From an uncultured Planctomycetota bacterium (GTDB lineage: Bacteria > Planctomycetota > Planctomycetia > Isosphaerales > Isosphaeraceae), in the NCBI GenBank assembly GCA_963737655.1, contig CAVTTN010000002.1, forward strand, positions 2,368,001 to 2,432,000: a DNA stretch of 64,000 nt. The letters are read 5' to 3'. The notes beneath the pieces were generated by a model. It saw nothing but the letters and a program-made list of their open reading frames with translations. It searched no databases and had not been told where the DNA came from. This document shows positions 19,691-29,959 of the stretch, one piece after another (position 1 is the first letter of the stretch; every line of letters begins with the position of its first letter). Both the position numbers and the translations under genes were made by a program.

Positions 19691-20908
19691 ATGTCGGGAT
19701 GCGTCGTGGGTCGTCCGGGGCCTGGCGGGACGCCCGGGCCGGGGCGCCGTCCTCGCCGATTCCGGGCCCTCGTGGAATGTCTCGAAGGCCGGGCCGTGCC
19801 CGCGGTGACGTTCCACGGCATCCCCGCGATCGCCCATCCGCTGGTTGAAAACGTGTACTGGGGTGCCGATTTCGCCGACCCGACGAAGCTGCAATCCTCG
19901 GTCGCGTATATGGATACGTTCACGAAGGACCTGATCGCCAGCCCGTTCCAGGACGAGATGGCGCAGTACGGCGTGGGGCACGGGACGTTTCTCGGCTCGG
20001 ACGTCCTGACCGCCGCGCCGACCTCCGGCGCCGTGAGCGTCGATCAGATCACCGCCGCGCTCCAGGCCGAGGTCGACGCCGGGCGGCTCCCGGCCTGGGG
20101 GTCGAGCACCGTTTTTCAGGTCGATTTCCCGCCCGCCGTGACGTTCGCCGATAGCCTCGGCGTGGGCTATCACACCGATCGGATCGAGCTCTCGCCCGGG
20201 AGCTTCCAGCCCCAGGACCGGATCTTCTGCTCCCTCTCGGCGCAGTACGGGACCGAAAACACCGTCCTGTCCTCGCACGAGCTGGCCGAGTCATTCACCG
20301 ACCCGAGCGGCGGCGGCTGGTTCGACGACGCGGCGATGGCGGCGAGCCTGCAAGGCGAGATCGCCGACCTTGCGGCCACCGATCCCGTCCACGGCCTGGG
20401 CTCGGTCGATGGCTATCAGGTCACGGGGCTCTGGTCCGACGCCGCGGGCGGGGTCGTGGTGCCCGAGCCCCTCTTTTCGCCGCCGGGCATTTCTCAGCCG
20501 CAAGGCTCCGCCGCGATGAGGGTCGAGAGTGTCTCGGTGCGACCGGCCCCGGCCCTGCCGGGCCAGCGCAAGGCGAAGGCCGGCAGCGAGATCGTCCTGA
20601 CGCTCAACACCGCCGCCAATGCCTCGACCGTCGGGAACCCCTACGCCTATCATCTCGCCAGTCTCCCCAAGGGCAGGCATGGCAAGGCGCAAGCCTTGAT
20701 CCTGACGAAAGTTTCCTACGACTCTAGCTCGATGACGATTACCCTGTTCACCTCCAAGCCGCTCACGTCCAAAACCCCCGTCCAACTCCGAATCGCGTCG
20801 TCCTCCCTGACCGACGCCTTGGGCCGACCCCTGGACGGCGACCACGACGGCCAGCCCGGCGGGGACTTCGTCGCCACGATCCACGGCTCTCAGGTCCAGA
20901 TCGGGTAG
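19691..20908 (+). CDS. Planctomycete secreted protein with HExxE..TDP motif and C-terminal Ig-like domain
   Basis: RRFRALVECLEGRAVPA leader, SHELAESFTDP...GEIADL, and C-terminal LTDALGRPLDGDHDGQPGGDF. Confidence 0.75.
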   Translation: MSGCVVGRPGPGGTPGPGRRPRRFRALVECLEGRAVPAVTFHGIPAIAHPLVENVYWGADFADPTKLQSSVAYMDTFTKDLIASPFQDEMAQYGVGHGTFLGSDVLTAAPTSGAVSVDQITAALQAEVDAGRLPAWGSSTVFQVDFPPAVTFADSLGVGYHTDRIELSPGSFQPQDRIFCSLSAQYGTENTVLSSHELAESFTDPSGGGWFDDAAMAASLQGEIADLAATDPVHGLGSVDGYQVTGLWSDAAGGVVVPEPLFSPPGISQPQGSAAMRVESVSVRPAPALPGQRKAKAGSEIVLTLNTAANASTVGNPYAYHLASLPKGRHGKAQALILTKVSYDSSSMTITLFTSKPLTSKTPVQLRIASSSLTDALGRPLDGDHDGQPGGDFVATIHGSQVQIG

Positions 20909-20933
20909 CCGCCCGGTCCTCGATGTCGGCACC

Positions 20934-20962
20934 TTGGCCCGCCCGTCCCGATGGGTTATAAC
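20934..20962 (+). promoter_or_regulatory. Putative sigma70 promoter of the LRR operon
   Basis: TTGGCC-17 nt-TATAAC, about 55 nt upstream of GTG 21016. Confidence 0.45.
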
Positions 20963-21015
20963 CGGCGGCATGGCCCGCGATCGGGCCTTCTGTCTCGGCC
21001 TTCGGAGGTCCGCCC

Positions 21016-21567
21016 GTGCGATTCCCTCTCCCTCTCCCGCTCTCCCTCGCCGCCCTCGGCCTGATGGCCCTGGTTTCTCCTTCGTTCGCCCAGGACAAGG
21101 ACAAGGTCCCGGATGACCCCGAAGTCGCCGCGATCCGCAAGGTCGGCGGCAAGGTCGAGCGCGACGACGCGGCTCCGGAGAAGCCCGTGGTCCTCGTGAA
21201 CCTCGGCGTGACCGCCGCCACCGATGACGATCTGAGCCATCTGAAGGGGTTTTCCAAGCTCAAGAAGGTCACTCTCAACGGTACGAAGATCACCGACGCC
21301 GGCCTGGACCACCTGAAAGACCTCAAAACGCTCGAAAAGCTCTACCTCGTCGATACCAAGATCGACGACGCCGGCCTGGAGAAGCTCAAGGAGCTCAAGG
21401 AGCTGAAGGTGCTGAGCCTCGTCGGCACCGGCGTCACGAATGCGGGCCTGGAACATTTGAAGGGGCTGGGCAAGCTCGAGCTCGTCTTCGTTCATGGGAC
21501 GAAGGTGGATGACGCCGGGGTGAAGGGGCTCCAGGAGGCGTTGCCGAAGCTCAAAATCGAGCGCTGA
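21016..21567 (+). CDS. Secreted leucine-rich repeat protein
   Basis: Signal peptide followed by 24-aa repeats LxxLxLxxTxITDAGLxxL. Confidence 0.9.
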   Translation: MRFPLPLPLSLAALGLMALVSPSFAQDKDKVPDDPEVAAIRKVGGKVERDDAAPEKPVVLVNLGVTAATDDDLSHLKGFSKLKKVTLNGTKITDAGLDHLKDLKTLEKLYLVDTKIDDAGLEKLKELKELKVLSLVGTGVTNAGLEHLKGLGKLELVFVHGTKVDDAGVKGLQEALPKLKIER

Positions 21568-21569
21568 CG

Positions 21570-22397
21570 ATGAAAAGGCGGCTTCCCCGAGGGGTCTCGG
21601 CCCTGGACCGCCCCCGAGGCGGGCGGGCCTTCCGCGCCGCGATCCGTCGGAAGGGGATCGAGGTCCACCTCGGCCTTTATGAGACGGCCTGGCTCGCCGG
21701 CTACGCCCATCACCTGGCCGCCGAGGCGATTGGTCGAAGGTCCGAGCCTCCCGAGGAGCCTCCGGGGGGCAAGAGGCCGTCCCCCGAGGCGATCCGCGAC
21801 CTCTCCGAGAGGGTTCGGAGACGGCTCGGGCTGGATCGGGCCGAGGGCGACCGCGAATTTCGCCATCCTCCGTCGCCCGAAGCCCTTCGGACGTTTTTCG
21901 AGATCACCGTCGTCGGCTTCTGGAGGCTCCAGGCCGCCGAGACCGCCGACTCGGCCGATTCGGCGGCCCTCCGGCTGGACGAGGCGAGCCGCTTCCTGTT
22001 CTGGGACGGCTCGCCGCTGGGCGTCCTGACCGATCTCCTCAACCTCCGCCTGAACCAGGAGTTCCGGCGATCGGAACTGACCCGCGAGGTCCTCGACGAC
22101 GATGGCGACGAGCCTCGGCGGGTGGCCCGATGGCTGGTCTTGCCCGATGGCGTCTTCCGAGAGACGGTCCGGCGGCTCTATCTCGAGTTCTTTGAAGGAG
22201 ATCCGCTCGGGACCTCATGGGCCGAGGTGCTCGGCCTGGCCCCTCCGTTCCGGGTCTCCGCGATCCGAGAGGCGTATCGAGAACGCTCCAAGGCCGCCCA
22301 CCCGGACCTCGGCGGGTCGTCGGCGGAGTTTGTCCGGTTGAAGAAAGCGTATGACGAGGCGATGGCGCACGTCGGGGGGAGGGGCAACCATGAGTGA
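21570..22397 (+). CDS. AP2-like N-terminal domain + C-terminal J-domain protein
   Basis: N-terminal PRGVS...FRAAIRRKGIEVHLGLYETAWLAGYAHHLAA (AP2 pattern). C-terminal VLGL...IREAYRERSKAAHPDLGG...LKKAYDEA (J-domain with HPD). Confidence 0.75.
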   Translation: MKRRLPRGVSALDRPRGGRAFRAAIRRKGIEVHLGLYETAWLAGYAHHLAAEAIGRRSEPPEEPPGGKRPSPEAIRDLSERVRRRLGLDRAEGDREFRHPPSPEALRTFFEITVVGFWRLQAAETADSADSAALRLDEASRFLFWDGSPLGVLTDLLNLRLNQEFRRSELTREVLDDDGDEPRRVARWLVLPDGVFRETVRRLYLEFFEGDPLGTSWAEVLGLAPPFRVSAIREAYRERSKAAHPDLGGSSAEFVRLKKAYDEAMAHVGGRGNHE

Positions 22398-23220
22398 CGA
22401 GATCCTGGACCTCGCCTCGGAGGCCATCGCCTCGGCCGAGGCCCTGGTGATCGGGGCGGGGGCGGGGATGGGGGATGATTCGGGGCTTCCGACCTTCCGG
22501 GGGGCGGAGGGGTTCTGGAACGCCTATCCGCCGTACCGCGCGCTCGGCCTCAGCTTCGTCGAAATGGCCAATCCCCGCCATTTCGCGGCCGACCCGGGCC
22601 TCGGTTGGGGATTTTATGGCCATCGGCGGAACCTTTACCGCCGGACTCCGCCCCACCGAGGGTTCGACCTCCTCCGAGGGTGGATGGAGAGGGCACCGCT
22701 CGGCGGGTTCGTGTTCACCTCGAACGTGGACGGCCACTTCTCGAAGGCCGGCTTCGACTCGTCGCGGATCGTCGAGGTCCACGGAGCCATCGACTTCCTC
22801 CAATGCCTGGATGACTGCGGGGCCGGGATCGTCCCGGCGGGCGAGGAGGCCGTGATCGTGGACGAATCGACCATGAGGGCCGGCGAGCCGCTGCCCAGAT
22901 GCCCCGCGTGCGGCTCGCTCGCTCGCCCGAACATCTTGATGTTCGGGGACTTCGGATGGGACGCCTCGCGGACTCAGCAGCAGGAGGCCCGATTCCGGCG
23001 CTGGCTTCGCTCGATCGGATCGGCGAGGCTGGTGATCGTCGAGATCGGGGCCGGTTCGGCGATCCCGACGGTCCGCCGGACGTGCGAGGCCCTGGGCGAA
23101 CTCCCCGGGGCGACCCTGATCCGGATCAACCCGGGGGAGCCGGAGGTGCCGTCCGGTCATCTTGGCCTGCTGCTCGGGGCCCTGGCCGCTTTGGAAGCCG
23201 TCTCGGCGAGGATGGTTTGA
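22390..23220 (+). CDS. Sir2 family NAD-dependent deacylase
   Basis: GAGAGMGDDSGLPTFRG, FTSNVDGH, EVHG, C..C/CPAC zinc site, RPNILMFGD and GAGSAIPT. Confidence 0.92.
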   Translation: MSDEILDLASEAIASAEALVIGAGAGMGDDSGLPTFRGAEGFWNAYPPYRALGLSFVEMANPRHFAADPGLGWGFYGHRRNLYRRTPPHRGFDLLRGWMERAPLGGFVFTSNVDGHFSKAGFDSSRIVEVHGAIDFLQCLDDCGAGIVPAGEEAVIVDESTMRAGEPLPRCPACGSLARPNILMFGDFGWDASRTQQQEARFRRWLRSIGSARLVIVEIGAGSAIPTVRRTCEALGELPGATLIRINPGEPEVPSGHLGLLLGALAALEAVSARMV

Positions 23221-23240
23221 TCCTTCGGGAGGGGCGGGGA

Positions 23241-23633
23241 TCAATCCGCCTCGTCGGCCTCGACGCCCAGGACCGTCTCGATCGACTTGACGAGCTTCTC
23301 CAGGGCGAAGGGCTTGCGGATATAATCCTTCACCCCGAGGAACTCGGCGTAGGCGCGGTGGCGGCTGCCCTCGTTGCCGGTGATCATGATGGTGGGGATC
23401 AGGCCGTGGGGTCGGCCCTTGAGCTTCTCCAGGACGAGGAAGCCGCTCTTCTTGGGCATCATCATGTCCAGGACGATCAGGTCCGGGTTCTCGCGTTCGG
23501 CGACGGTCAGGCCGGCGTTGCCGTCCCGGGCGACGAGGACTCGATAGCCCCGGCCTTCCAGGACGGTCCTCATGGATTCGATGATGTCGGTGTCGTCATC
23601 GACGAGCAGGATCGTCTTGTTCGGGGCGGGCAT
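23241..23633 (-). CDS. Single-domain response regulator
   Basis: ILLVDDD, PDLIVLDMMMP, MITG and YIRKPF. Confidence 0.9.
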   Translation of the reverse strand: MPAPNKTILLVDDDTDIIESMRTVLEGRGYRVLVARDGNAGLTVAERENPDLIVLDMMMPKKSGFLVLEKLKGRPHGLIPTIMITGNEGSRHRAYAEFLGVKDYIRKPFALEKLVKSIETVLGVEADEAD

Positions 23634-23848
23634 CGGGCGGGACTCCACTGCGTCTGCGGTCGGGCCGGGGCCGGGGCCGCCGGGCATGCCGCCCATGATA
23701 GCTTCGCCGATCGGCCCGGGGCAAGCGTCGCGCGATCGGCCCGGGGCCGAGGCGGCGGGCCCTTGATTTTTCGGCTCGAACCGACAGGATAGGCGGAGAG
23801 CCCCGGCTGCGAACCCGCCCCGTCCCCCACCCTCTGGAGCCTTCCCCG

Positions 23849-24424
23849 ATGATCCGCCGCCTGATCGCCCTGTCCGCGCCCGCCTTGCTGATCGGACTCG
23901 CCATGACCTCTCAGGCCGACGACAAGAAGACCTCCGTCCTGGAGTACAAGGTCAAGGACATCGACGGCAAGGACGTGGACCTCGCGAAGTACAAGGGGGA
24001 CGTCCTCCTCGTCGTCAACACGGCCAGCCAGTGCGGCCTGACCCCGCAGTACAAGGGCCTGGAAGCCCTCTACGAGAAGTACAAGGACAAGGGCTTCAAG
24101 GTCCTCGCCTTCCCCGCCAACGAGTTCGGCGGCCAGGAGCCGGGCAGCAACGCCGAGATCAAGACGTTCTGCGAGACCAAGTATAACGTCACGTTCCCGG
24201 TCTTCTCCAAGATCGTCGTCAAGGGCGACGGCATGGACCCGGTCTACCAGTACCTCACCGAGAAGGGGACCGACCCGAAGTTCGCCGGCGACATCAAGTG
24301 GAATTTCACCAAGTTCCTGGTGAACCGCAAGGGGGAGGTCATCGCCCGGTTCGAGCCGACGACCAAGCCGGAATCCGAGGCCGTGATCGCCGCCGTCGAG
24401 AAGGCCCTGGCCGAGACCAAGTGA
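23849..24424 (+). CDS. Glutathione peroxidase family protein, exported
   Basis: Signal peptide, VNTASQCGLTPQY, FPANEFGGQEPG and WNFTKFL. Confidence 0.95.
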   Translation: MIRRLIALSAPALLIGLAMTSQADDKKTSVLEYKVKDIDGKDVDLAKYKGDVLLVVNTASQCGLTPQYKGLEALYEKYKDKGFKVLAFPANEFGGQEPGSNAEIKTFCETKYNVTFPVFSKIVVKGDGMDPVYQYLTEKGTDPKFAGDIKWNFTKFLVNRKGEVIARFEPTTKPESEAVIAAVEKALAETK

Positions 24425-24491
24425 CCTGAGGACCTCGGGAGGGCGGGGCGCCTCGCGGTGGAATGGAGCCCGTCCTCCTCCGTCGAAAACC

Positions 24492-24593
24492 TCACCACGA
24501 AGCCACCAAGAGCACGGAGGAAGACACAAAGAAGACGGTCCATTCCCGGTCTTCTTTGTGTCTTCCTCCGTGCTCTTCGTGGCTTCGTGGTGA
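24492..24593. repeat. Long palindrome between convergent genes (family F); probable bidirectional terminator
   Basis: 45-nt arms with 1 mismatch and a 12-nt loop: TCACCACGAAGCCAC(C/G)AAGAGCACGGAGGAAGACACAAAGAAGAC. Confidence 0.85.
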
Positions 24594-24606
24594 ACCTGAG
24601 GTGGTA

Positions 24607-25500
24607 TCACTGCCAGGACCGGCCGAGCTTCCGCCCTCGCGAGACCGATCCGGGCGGCAGGTTCGAGTAATCGGCCTTCAATTCCTGCTGGATTCGCTCG
24701 ATCCGGGTCTCGGGCAGGGGGTGGGTGGAGACCCATTCGGGCTGGCGGTCTCCCTTGCTGGCGTCCTTGAGGATGTTCATGACGTCGAGCATGGCGCGGG
24801 GGTCGTAGCCGGCCTGGGTCATCAGCCGGAGGCCGTACTCGTCGGCCTGGGACTCGTCGGATCGCCCGTAGTGGAGCTGGAGCATCTGGTTGGCCATCGC
24901 GGCGGCCATCGCGGCCTGCTGGCCCCGGTTGTCCCGGCCGTCGCTGGCGCCGACGCCCACGGCCACCGTGAGGAGCTGCCCGAGCTGCCCCTTGGCCATC
25001 TGCTGGGCGCTGTGGCGGTGGATCACGTGGCCGATCTCGTGGCCGAGGACCCCGGCGAGCTCCGCCTCGTCGGCGAGCTTGTCATAGAGGGCCTCGGTGA
25101 TGAAGACCTGGCCGCCGGGCAGGGCGAAGGCGTTGATCGTCTTCGGGTCGTTCAGCAGGCGGAAGTGGAAGTTGTCGGCGTAAGGGCTTTTGCCCGCCTC
25201 GGTTTGCGAGACGAGCCGCCGGCCGACTTCCTGGACCATCGCCGCCCTCGGGTCGCGCCTGGGGTCGATCGCCCCTCCCATCTGCTGGGCCATCTCCGGG
25301 GCGGCCTGGAGGCCCAGTTGCTTCTCCTCGTCCACCGACATGGCGATATGCTGGCGCTCGCCCGTGACGGGGTTCACCTGGACCCGGAAGAAATACGTCG
25401 CGACCCCGAACAACGCGATCAACGCCGCGATAATCAACCGCGGATTGATCCGAATCGCCGGCCCCTGTTCCTCCTCGGCCGGACCGTACCCATAAGACAT
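24607..25500 (-). CDS. M48 family zinc metallopeptidase
   Basis: INAFALPGG, HEIGH, YGRSDESQAD and STHP, with an N-terminal TM helix. Confidence 0.93.
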   Translation of the reverse strand: MSYGYGPAEEEQGPAIRINPRLIIAALIALFGVATYFFRVQVNPVTGERQHIAMSVDEEKQLGLQAAPEMAQQMGGAIDPRRDPRAAMVQEVGRRLVSQTEAGKSPYADNFHFRLLNDPKTINAFALPGGQVFITEALYDKLADEAELAGVLGHEIGHVIHRHSAQQMAKGQLGQLLTVAVGVGASDGRDNRGQQAAMAAAMANQMLQLHYGRSDESQADEYGLRLMTQAGYDPRAMLDVMNILKDASKGDRQPEWVSTHPLPETRIERIQQELKADYSNLPPGSVSRGRKLGRSWQ

Positions 25501-25579
25501 CGTCGTTCTCCCGGGAAAGCGCCTGCGAATCTGGGGAGGGGCTGGGCAAAGCGTGCGCCGAGACAGACGGAAAGCGAAG

Positions 25580-25654
25580 TCGAAACGCAGATCGCACAGA
25601 TTACGCAGATTAAAAAATCTGAACTTCTAATCTGCGTAATTTGCGTTTCGATCC
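25580..25654. repeat. ACGCAGATT-unit palindrome (family D, copy 2)
   Basis: 3 units versus 2 units, immediately downstream of the aspS stop. 25628-25654 is the exact reverse complement of 15416-15442. Confidence 0.85.
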
Positions 25655-25659
25655 CCATC

Positions 25660-27424
25660 TTATTCGACCGTACGAATCCGAAGGTCGCGAAGCTGGCGGG
25701 GATCGACGGTGCCGGGGGCGCCCGTCATGAGGTCGGCCCCCTTGGCCGTCTTGGGGAAGGCGATGCAGTCGCGGATGTTCGTCAGGCCGGCATAGAGCAT
25801 GACCAGCCGGTCCATCCCCAGCGCGATCCCGCCGTGAGGCGGCGCCCCGAACTTCAGGGCGTTCAGGAGGAAGCCGAACTTCTCGTCCGCTTCTTCGGGC
25901 GTAAGTCCCAACAGGGCGAAGATTTTCGACTGGATGACCGGGTCGTGGACGCGGATCGTCCCGCCGCCGGCTTCCTCGCCGTTGATCACGAGGTCATATG
26001 CCTGGGCCCGGACCTTGGCCGGCTCGGTGTCGAGCAGGTGGAGGTCTTCGGGCAGCGGCATCGTGAAGGGGTGGTGCTCGGCCACGAACCGGCCTTCCTC
26101 GGGGTCGTGCGCCAGGAGGGGAAACTTGACGATCCACGAGTAATGGAACGATTTCGGATCATACTGCTTGAGCTCGGCCCCCAGGCGGATTCGCAGCGCG
26201 GAGAGGGCCTGGCTCGTCACGCTCTGGGAGTCGGCCACGATCAGGATCAGGTCGCCGGCCTTCGCCGCAAACTTTTGACGGACCTCGGCTTGCAGCTCGG
26301 GAGGGAAGAACTTCGCCGTCGGGCCGGTGAACGTCTCGGCCTCGACCTTGAGCCAGACCAATCCCTTGGCGCCGAAGGTCTTGATCGACTCGGTCATCTC
26401 GTCGAGCTCGCGGCGGGTGTACTTCTCGCCGCCTCCGGGGGCACACAGGCCGCGGACCCGCCCTCCGCTTTCCAGCGCCTGGGTGAAGACCTTGAAGTCG
26501 GTCTTCCGGGCGATCTCGGCCAGGTCCAGGAGCCTCCATCCCGAACCGATAGTCGGGCCGATCGACGCCGAACCGTTCCATCGCGTCGTGATATTCGACG
26601 CGGGGCAGGGGGAGCGCAACCGTTTCGCCCGTCATGGCTTCGGCGATGGCGGCGACGACGTGTTCCATCGTCCCGATCACGTCCTCGAACTCGACGAACG
26701 ACATCTCCACGTCGAGCTGGGTGAATTCGGGCTGGCGATTGGCGCGGAGGTCTTCATCGCGGAAGCATCGGGCGATCTGGAAATAGCGGTCGTAGCCGGC
26801 GACCATCAAGATCTGCTTGTAAAGCTGCGGAGACTGCGGGAGAGCGTAGAAATGGCCGGGATGGAGGCGGCTGGGGACGAGGAAATCGCGGGCGCCTTCG
26901 GGCGTGGAGCGGCCGAGCATGGGGGTCTCGACCTCGACGAACCCCAGGCCGCTCATGGTGTTGCGCATCACCTGGGCCATCTTGTGACGCATCAGCAAGA
27001 TGCGCTGCATCTCCGGCCGGCGGAGGTCCAGGTAGCGATAGGTGAGCCGCAGTTCCTCGTTCGGCTCGCCGCCTCCGGCGATCTCGAAGGGGGGCGTCTG
27101 AGTGCGGGTGAAGACTTCGAGCGAATCGGCCTTGACCTCGATGGCGCCGGTCTGAAGCTTCGGATTCTCCTTGCCGGAGAGGCGTTTGGAGACCGTGCCC
27201 TTCACGCCGATCACATATTCGGAGCGGAGGTCGTGGGCGGCCTCCATCAGATCGGCGCCGGCATCGGGGTCGAAGACGACCTGGGTCACGCCGTAGCGAT
27301 CCCTCAAATTGATGAAGACGAGGCCGCCGTGATCGCGGCGGGTGTCTACCCAACCGTTGAGGACCACGGGAGTTCCGGCATGGTCGGCGCCCAGCTCGCC
27401 GCAGGTGTGGGTCCGCTTCAGCAT
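25660..27424 (-). CDS. aspS: Aspartate-tRNA ligase, probably non-discriminating (frameshift ~26534)
   Basis: RTHTCGEL, RRDHGG (His typical of non-discriminating enzymes), STPEGARDF, LPQSPQ, CFRDEDLR, GAPPHGG. One extra G splits the ORFs. Confidence 0.96.
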
Positions 27425-27762
27425 GAAAGGTCTCGGGGCCGATCGGCCGGGGGTCAGGATCGCGATACGTCGTTCGGGCGCGAGGATTTACCTTATCCCG
27501 GGCGGCTCGGGAGCGTCAAGCCGCCGAGCGATCCGCCGCAGGGGCCGTCTCCTTCGAACGATGGGGGGCGAAGACCGTCGCCGGTTCTCCGGCAACACGA
27601 GCCCGAACCGGCCCGACCGGGCGAACCGGGCCGTGTCCTTCTTGCCGGAGCGTTCGTCGGAAGTATTCTGATGGGGACGAGTTCCGACGATGGTGCCCGT
27701 GCCAGCCGGAAGGATCGGGGTCTGCTGGCCACGAAACGGCCGAGCCGAGGGGGTCGGGCGGC

Positions 27763-27791
27763 TTCTCAGGTCTCCCCGCGCCCCTTATAAT
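27763..27791 (+). promoter_or_regulatory. Putative sigma70 promoter of prmC
   Basis: TTCTCA-17 nt-TATAAT upstream of prmC. Confidence 0.45.
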
Positions 27792-27853
27792 CGCCCCTTC
27801 GGCCGCTCCGATGGCCGGCTTTCCTGCGAATTGACGGGCCGGGACCCTGCGAG

Positions 27854-28732
27854 ATGCGGCGAGACGTGGACGGGCCCTGGACGGTGGGCCGCCTGCTGAC
27901 CTGGACGGCCGACTTTCTCAAGAAGAAAGGGGCCGAGAGCGCCCGGCTCGATGCCGAGGTCTTGCTCGCCCATGTCCTGGACTGGCCACGGGTTGCGCTT
28001 TACACGCACTTCGAGGACGAGATCGGCGAGCGGCCCCGATCGGCGTTCCGAGAGCTCGTCCGCAAGAGGTCCGAGGGGGCGCCTGTCGCCTATCTCGTGG
28101 GTCGGAAGGAATTCTTCTCGATCCCCCTGGCCGTCGGCCCGGCCGTGCTGATCCCCCGGCCTGACACCGAGACCGCCGTGGTCGAGGCCCTGGAACAGCT
28201 CAAGGGCCGCGAGGCGCCGGCGGTCGTCGATGTCGGCACCGGATCGGGCTGCATCGCCCTGGCGATCGCGAAGAACCACAAGACGGCCCGGGTGTTCGCC
28301 CTGGATCTCAGCCCCGAGGCCCTCGCCGTCGCCCGGACCAACGCCGAGACGCTCGGCCTGGCCGACCGCGTGGAGTTTCGGGAAGGCGACCTGCTCGCCC
28401 CCGTTTCGGTCGACGGCCCGTTCGACCTCATCGTGTCCAACCCGCCGTATATCCCCTCGGAAATCCTCCCGAGCCTGGAACCTGGGGTCCGGGACTTCGA
28501 GCCTCGGCTCGCCCTGGACGGCGGCCCCGACGGCCTCCGCGTCGTCGCCCGGCTGATCGCCGAGGCCCCGGGCCTCCTCCGGCCGGGAGGGTCCTTGATC
28601 CTGGAAATCGGCTCGGCCCAGGAAGGGCCGGTCCGCGACCTGATCGCCGCTCGGCCGGAATTCGCCCTCGCGCCCACCGTCCGCGACGCCGCCAACCACC
28701 CCCGGGTCGTCCGGGCCGTCCGCCTCGCCTGA
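27854..28732 (+). CDS. prmC: Release factor glutamine methyltransferase
   Basis: PVAYLVG, VLIPRPDTE, DVGTGSGCIA, SNPPY and EPRLALDGG. Confidence 0.95.
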   Translation: MRRDVDGPWTVGRLLTWTADFLKKKGAESARLDAEVLLAHVLDWPRVALYTHFEDEIGERPRSAFRELVRKRSEGAPVAYLVGRKEFFSIPLAVGPAVLIPRPDTETAVVEALEQLKGREAPAVVDVGTGSGCIALAIAKNHKTARVFALDLSPEALAVARTNAETLGLADRVEFREGDLLAPVSVDGPFDLIVSNPPYIPSEILPSLEPGVRDFEPRLALDGGPDGLRVVARLIAEAPGLLRPGGSLILEIGSAQEGPVRDLIAARPEFALAPTVRDAANHPRVVRAVRLA

Positions 28733-28805
28733 TCGCCCGGACGTTCGCGGGCCATCCGGCGAGCGATCGCCCAGAAATTGGATTTTGGTTGCCCAAAAAA
28801 TTCTA

Positions 28806-28834
28806 TTGGACAGCTTCCGGATTTCGGTTATGCT
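28806..28834 (+). promoter_or_regulatory. Putative sigma70 promoter of the DUF1559 gene
   Basis: TTGGAC-17 nt-TATGCT with an AT-rich upstream tract; AAGGAGG SD before ATG 28877. Confidence 0.5.
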
Positions 28835-28876
28835 CCCCAACGAGACGATTTTCGAGTCCTCGGAAGGAGGCGAGCG

Positions 28877-29959
28877 ATGGACCGAAAGCAGGGGAGAGGC
28901 TCCGGCCGACGCCGGAACCCGAAAACCGGTTTCACACTGATCGAATTGCTGGTCGTGATCGCGATCATCGGGCTGCTGGTGGGCCTCGTGTTGCCGGCGG
29001 TCCAGTCGGCGAGGGAGGCGGCCCGGCGGGCGCAATGCATCAACAACCTCAAGCAGATGGGCCTGGCCCTGGCCAGTTACGAGGCGGCCGTCGGGACGTT
29101 TCCGCCGGCCTATGTCGGCGACCCGAGGGTTTCGGGGTCCATGTTCGGGGTCTCGTACCCCGATGGAAACATGAACACGCTTTCCGGGTTCGCCTGGGGG
29201 TCGCTGATCCTGCCGTTCCTGGAGCAGGCCCCTCTGGCGGCGAGCCTCAATTTCGACCTGCCGTGCTGGGCCCCTCAGAATACGACCGGCGCCACGACGA
29301 AGGTGGCCGTCTTCCTCTGCCCGTCGTCGGCCGGGCCGTCCGACGGCTTCGCGGTCCATCGTTACGGCAATGGCGACGCGACCGCGCCCGACGACGCCGG
29401 GCCGTTTTCGCCCGAAATCCGCCTGGCGCATAGCCATTACATCACGAACGCCGGGACCGACCAGCCCTGGGGCCGGCCTCCCGCCTACTCGATCGACTTC
29501 GACGTGGCCGAGCCGATCCCGGGCGCCCCGAGGCCCTCGATCATCAACGGGCCGTTCTATCGGAATTCTCACACGAGAATCGCCGACGTGACCGACGGCC
29601 TCTCCCAGACCGTCTTCCTCGGCGAGAGGACCTCCCGACTCGCCGATGCGACGTGGGTGGGAGTGGTCCCGTTCGCCAGCGTCTGGCCGAAGCCGGGCTG
29701 GCCGTCCGACCCCAACAGCGGAGGGGACCTCGTCGGTTGCCACAGCGGGCCCGACATCCACGATCACCCGCAGGTCATCATCCACGCGCCCAATAACCCG
29801 TTTGGGCACACGGACGAGATGTATTCCGACCACGCCGGAGGCGGCCACGTCCTCCTGGGCGACGGCTCGGTGAAGTTCATCAAGGAGTCGATCTATCCCT
29901 GGGCCTGGGTCGGCCTCTCGACCCGGAACGGCGGGGAGGTCATCGATGGCAACTGGTGA
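28877..29959 (+). CDS. DUF1559 prepilin-like protein with H-X9-DG motif
   Basis: [14 protein letters not shown]...[27 protein letters not shown]...GE and [14 protein letters not shown]. Confidence 0.93.
   Translation: MDRKQGRGSGRRRNPKTGFTLIELLVVIAIIGLLVGLVLPAVQSAREAARRAQCINNLKQMGLALASYEAAVGTFPPAYVGDPRVSGSMFGVSYPDGNMNTLSGFAWGSLILPFLEQAPLAASLNFDLPCWAPQNTTGATTKVAVFLCPSSAGPSDGFAVHRYGNGDATAPDDAGPFSPEIRLAHSHYITNAGTDQPWGRPPAYSIDFDVAEPIPGAPRPSIINGPFYRNSHTRIADVTDGLSQTVFLGERTSRLADATWVGVVPFASVWPKPGWPSDPNSGGDLVGCHSGPDIHDHPQVIIHAPNNPFGHTDEMYSDHAGGGHVLLGDGSVKFIKESIYPWAWVGLSTRNGGEVIDGNW

Noticed and set aside
22390..23220. Sir2 gene as a Thoeris/DSR-type anti-phage NADase
   Set aside because: It has the zinc-binding Cys pairs and the size of a classical deacylase sirtuin, with no fused defence domains.
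15416..25654. Short tandem units as a possible CRISPR array
   Set aside because: The units are 9 bp, contiguous and inverted, with no unique spacers and no cas genes.
4852..27424. Programmed frameshifting or pseudogenisation of sdhB, uvrA and aspS
   Set aside because: No slippery heptamers are evident and the same indel pattern recurs across unrelated genes; sequencing error is the simpler explanation.
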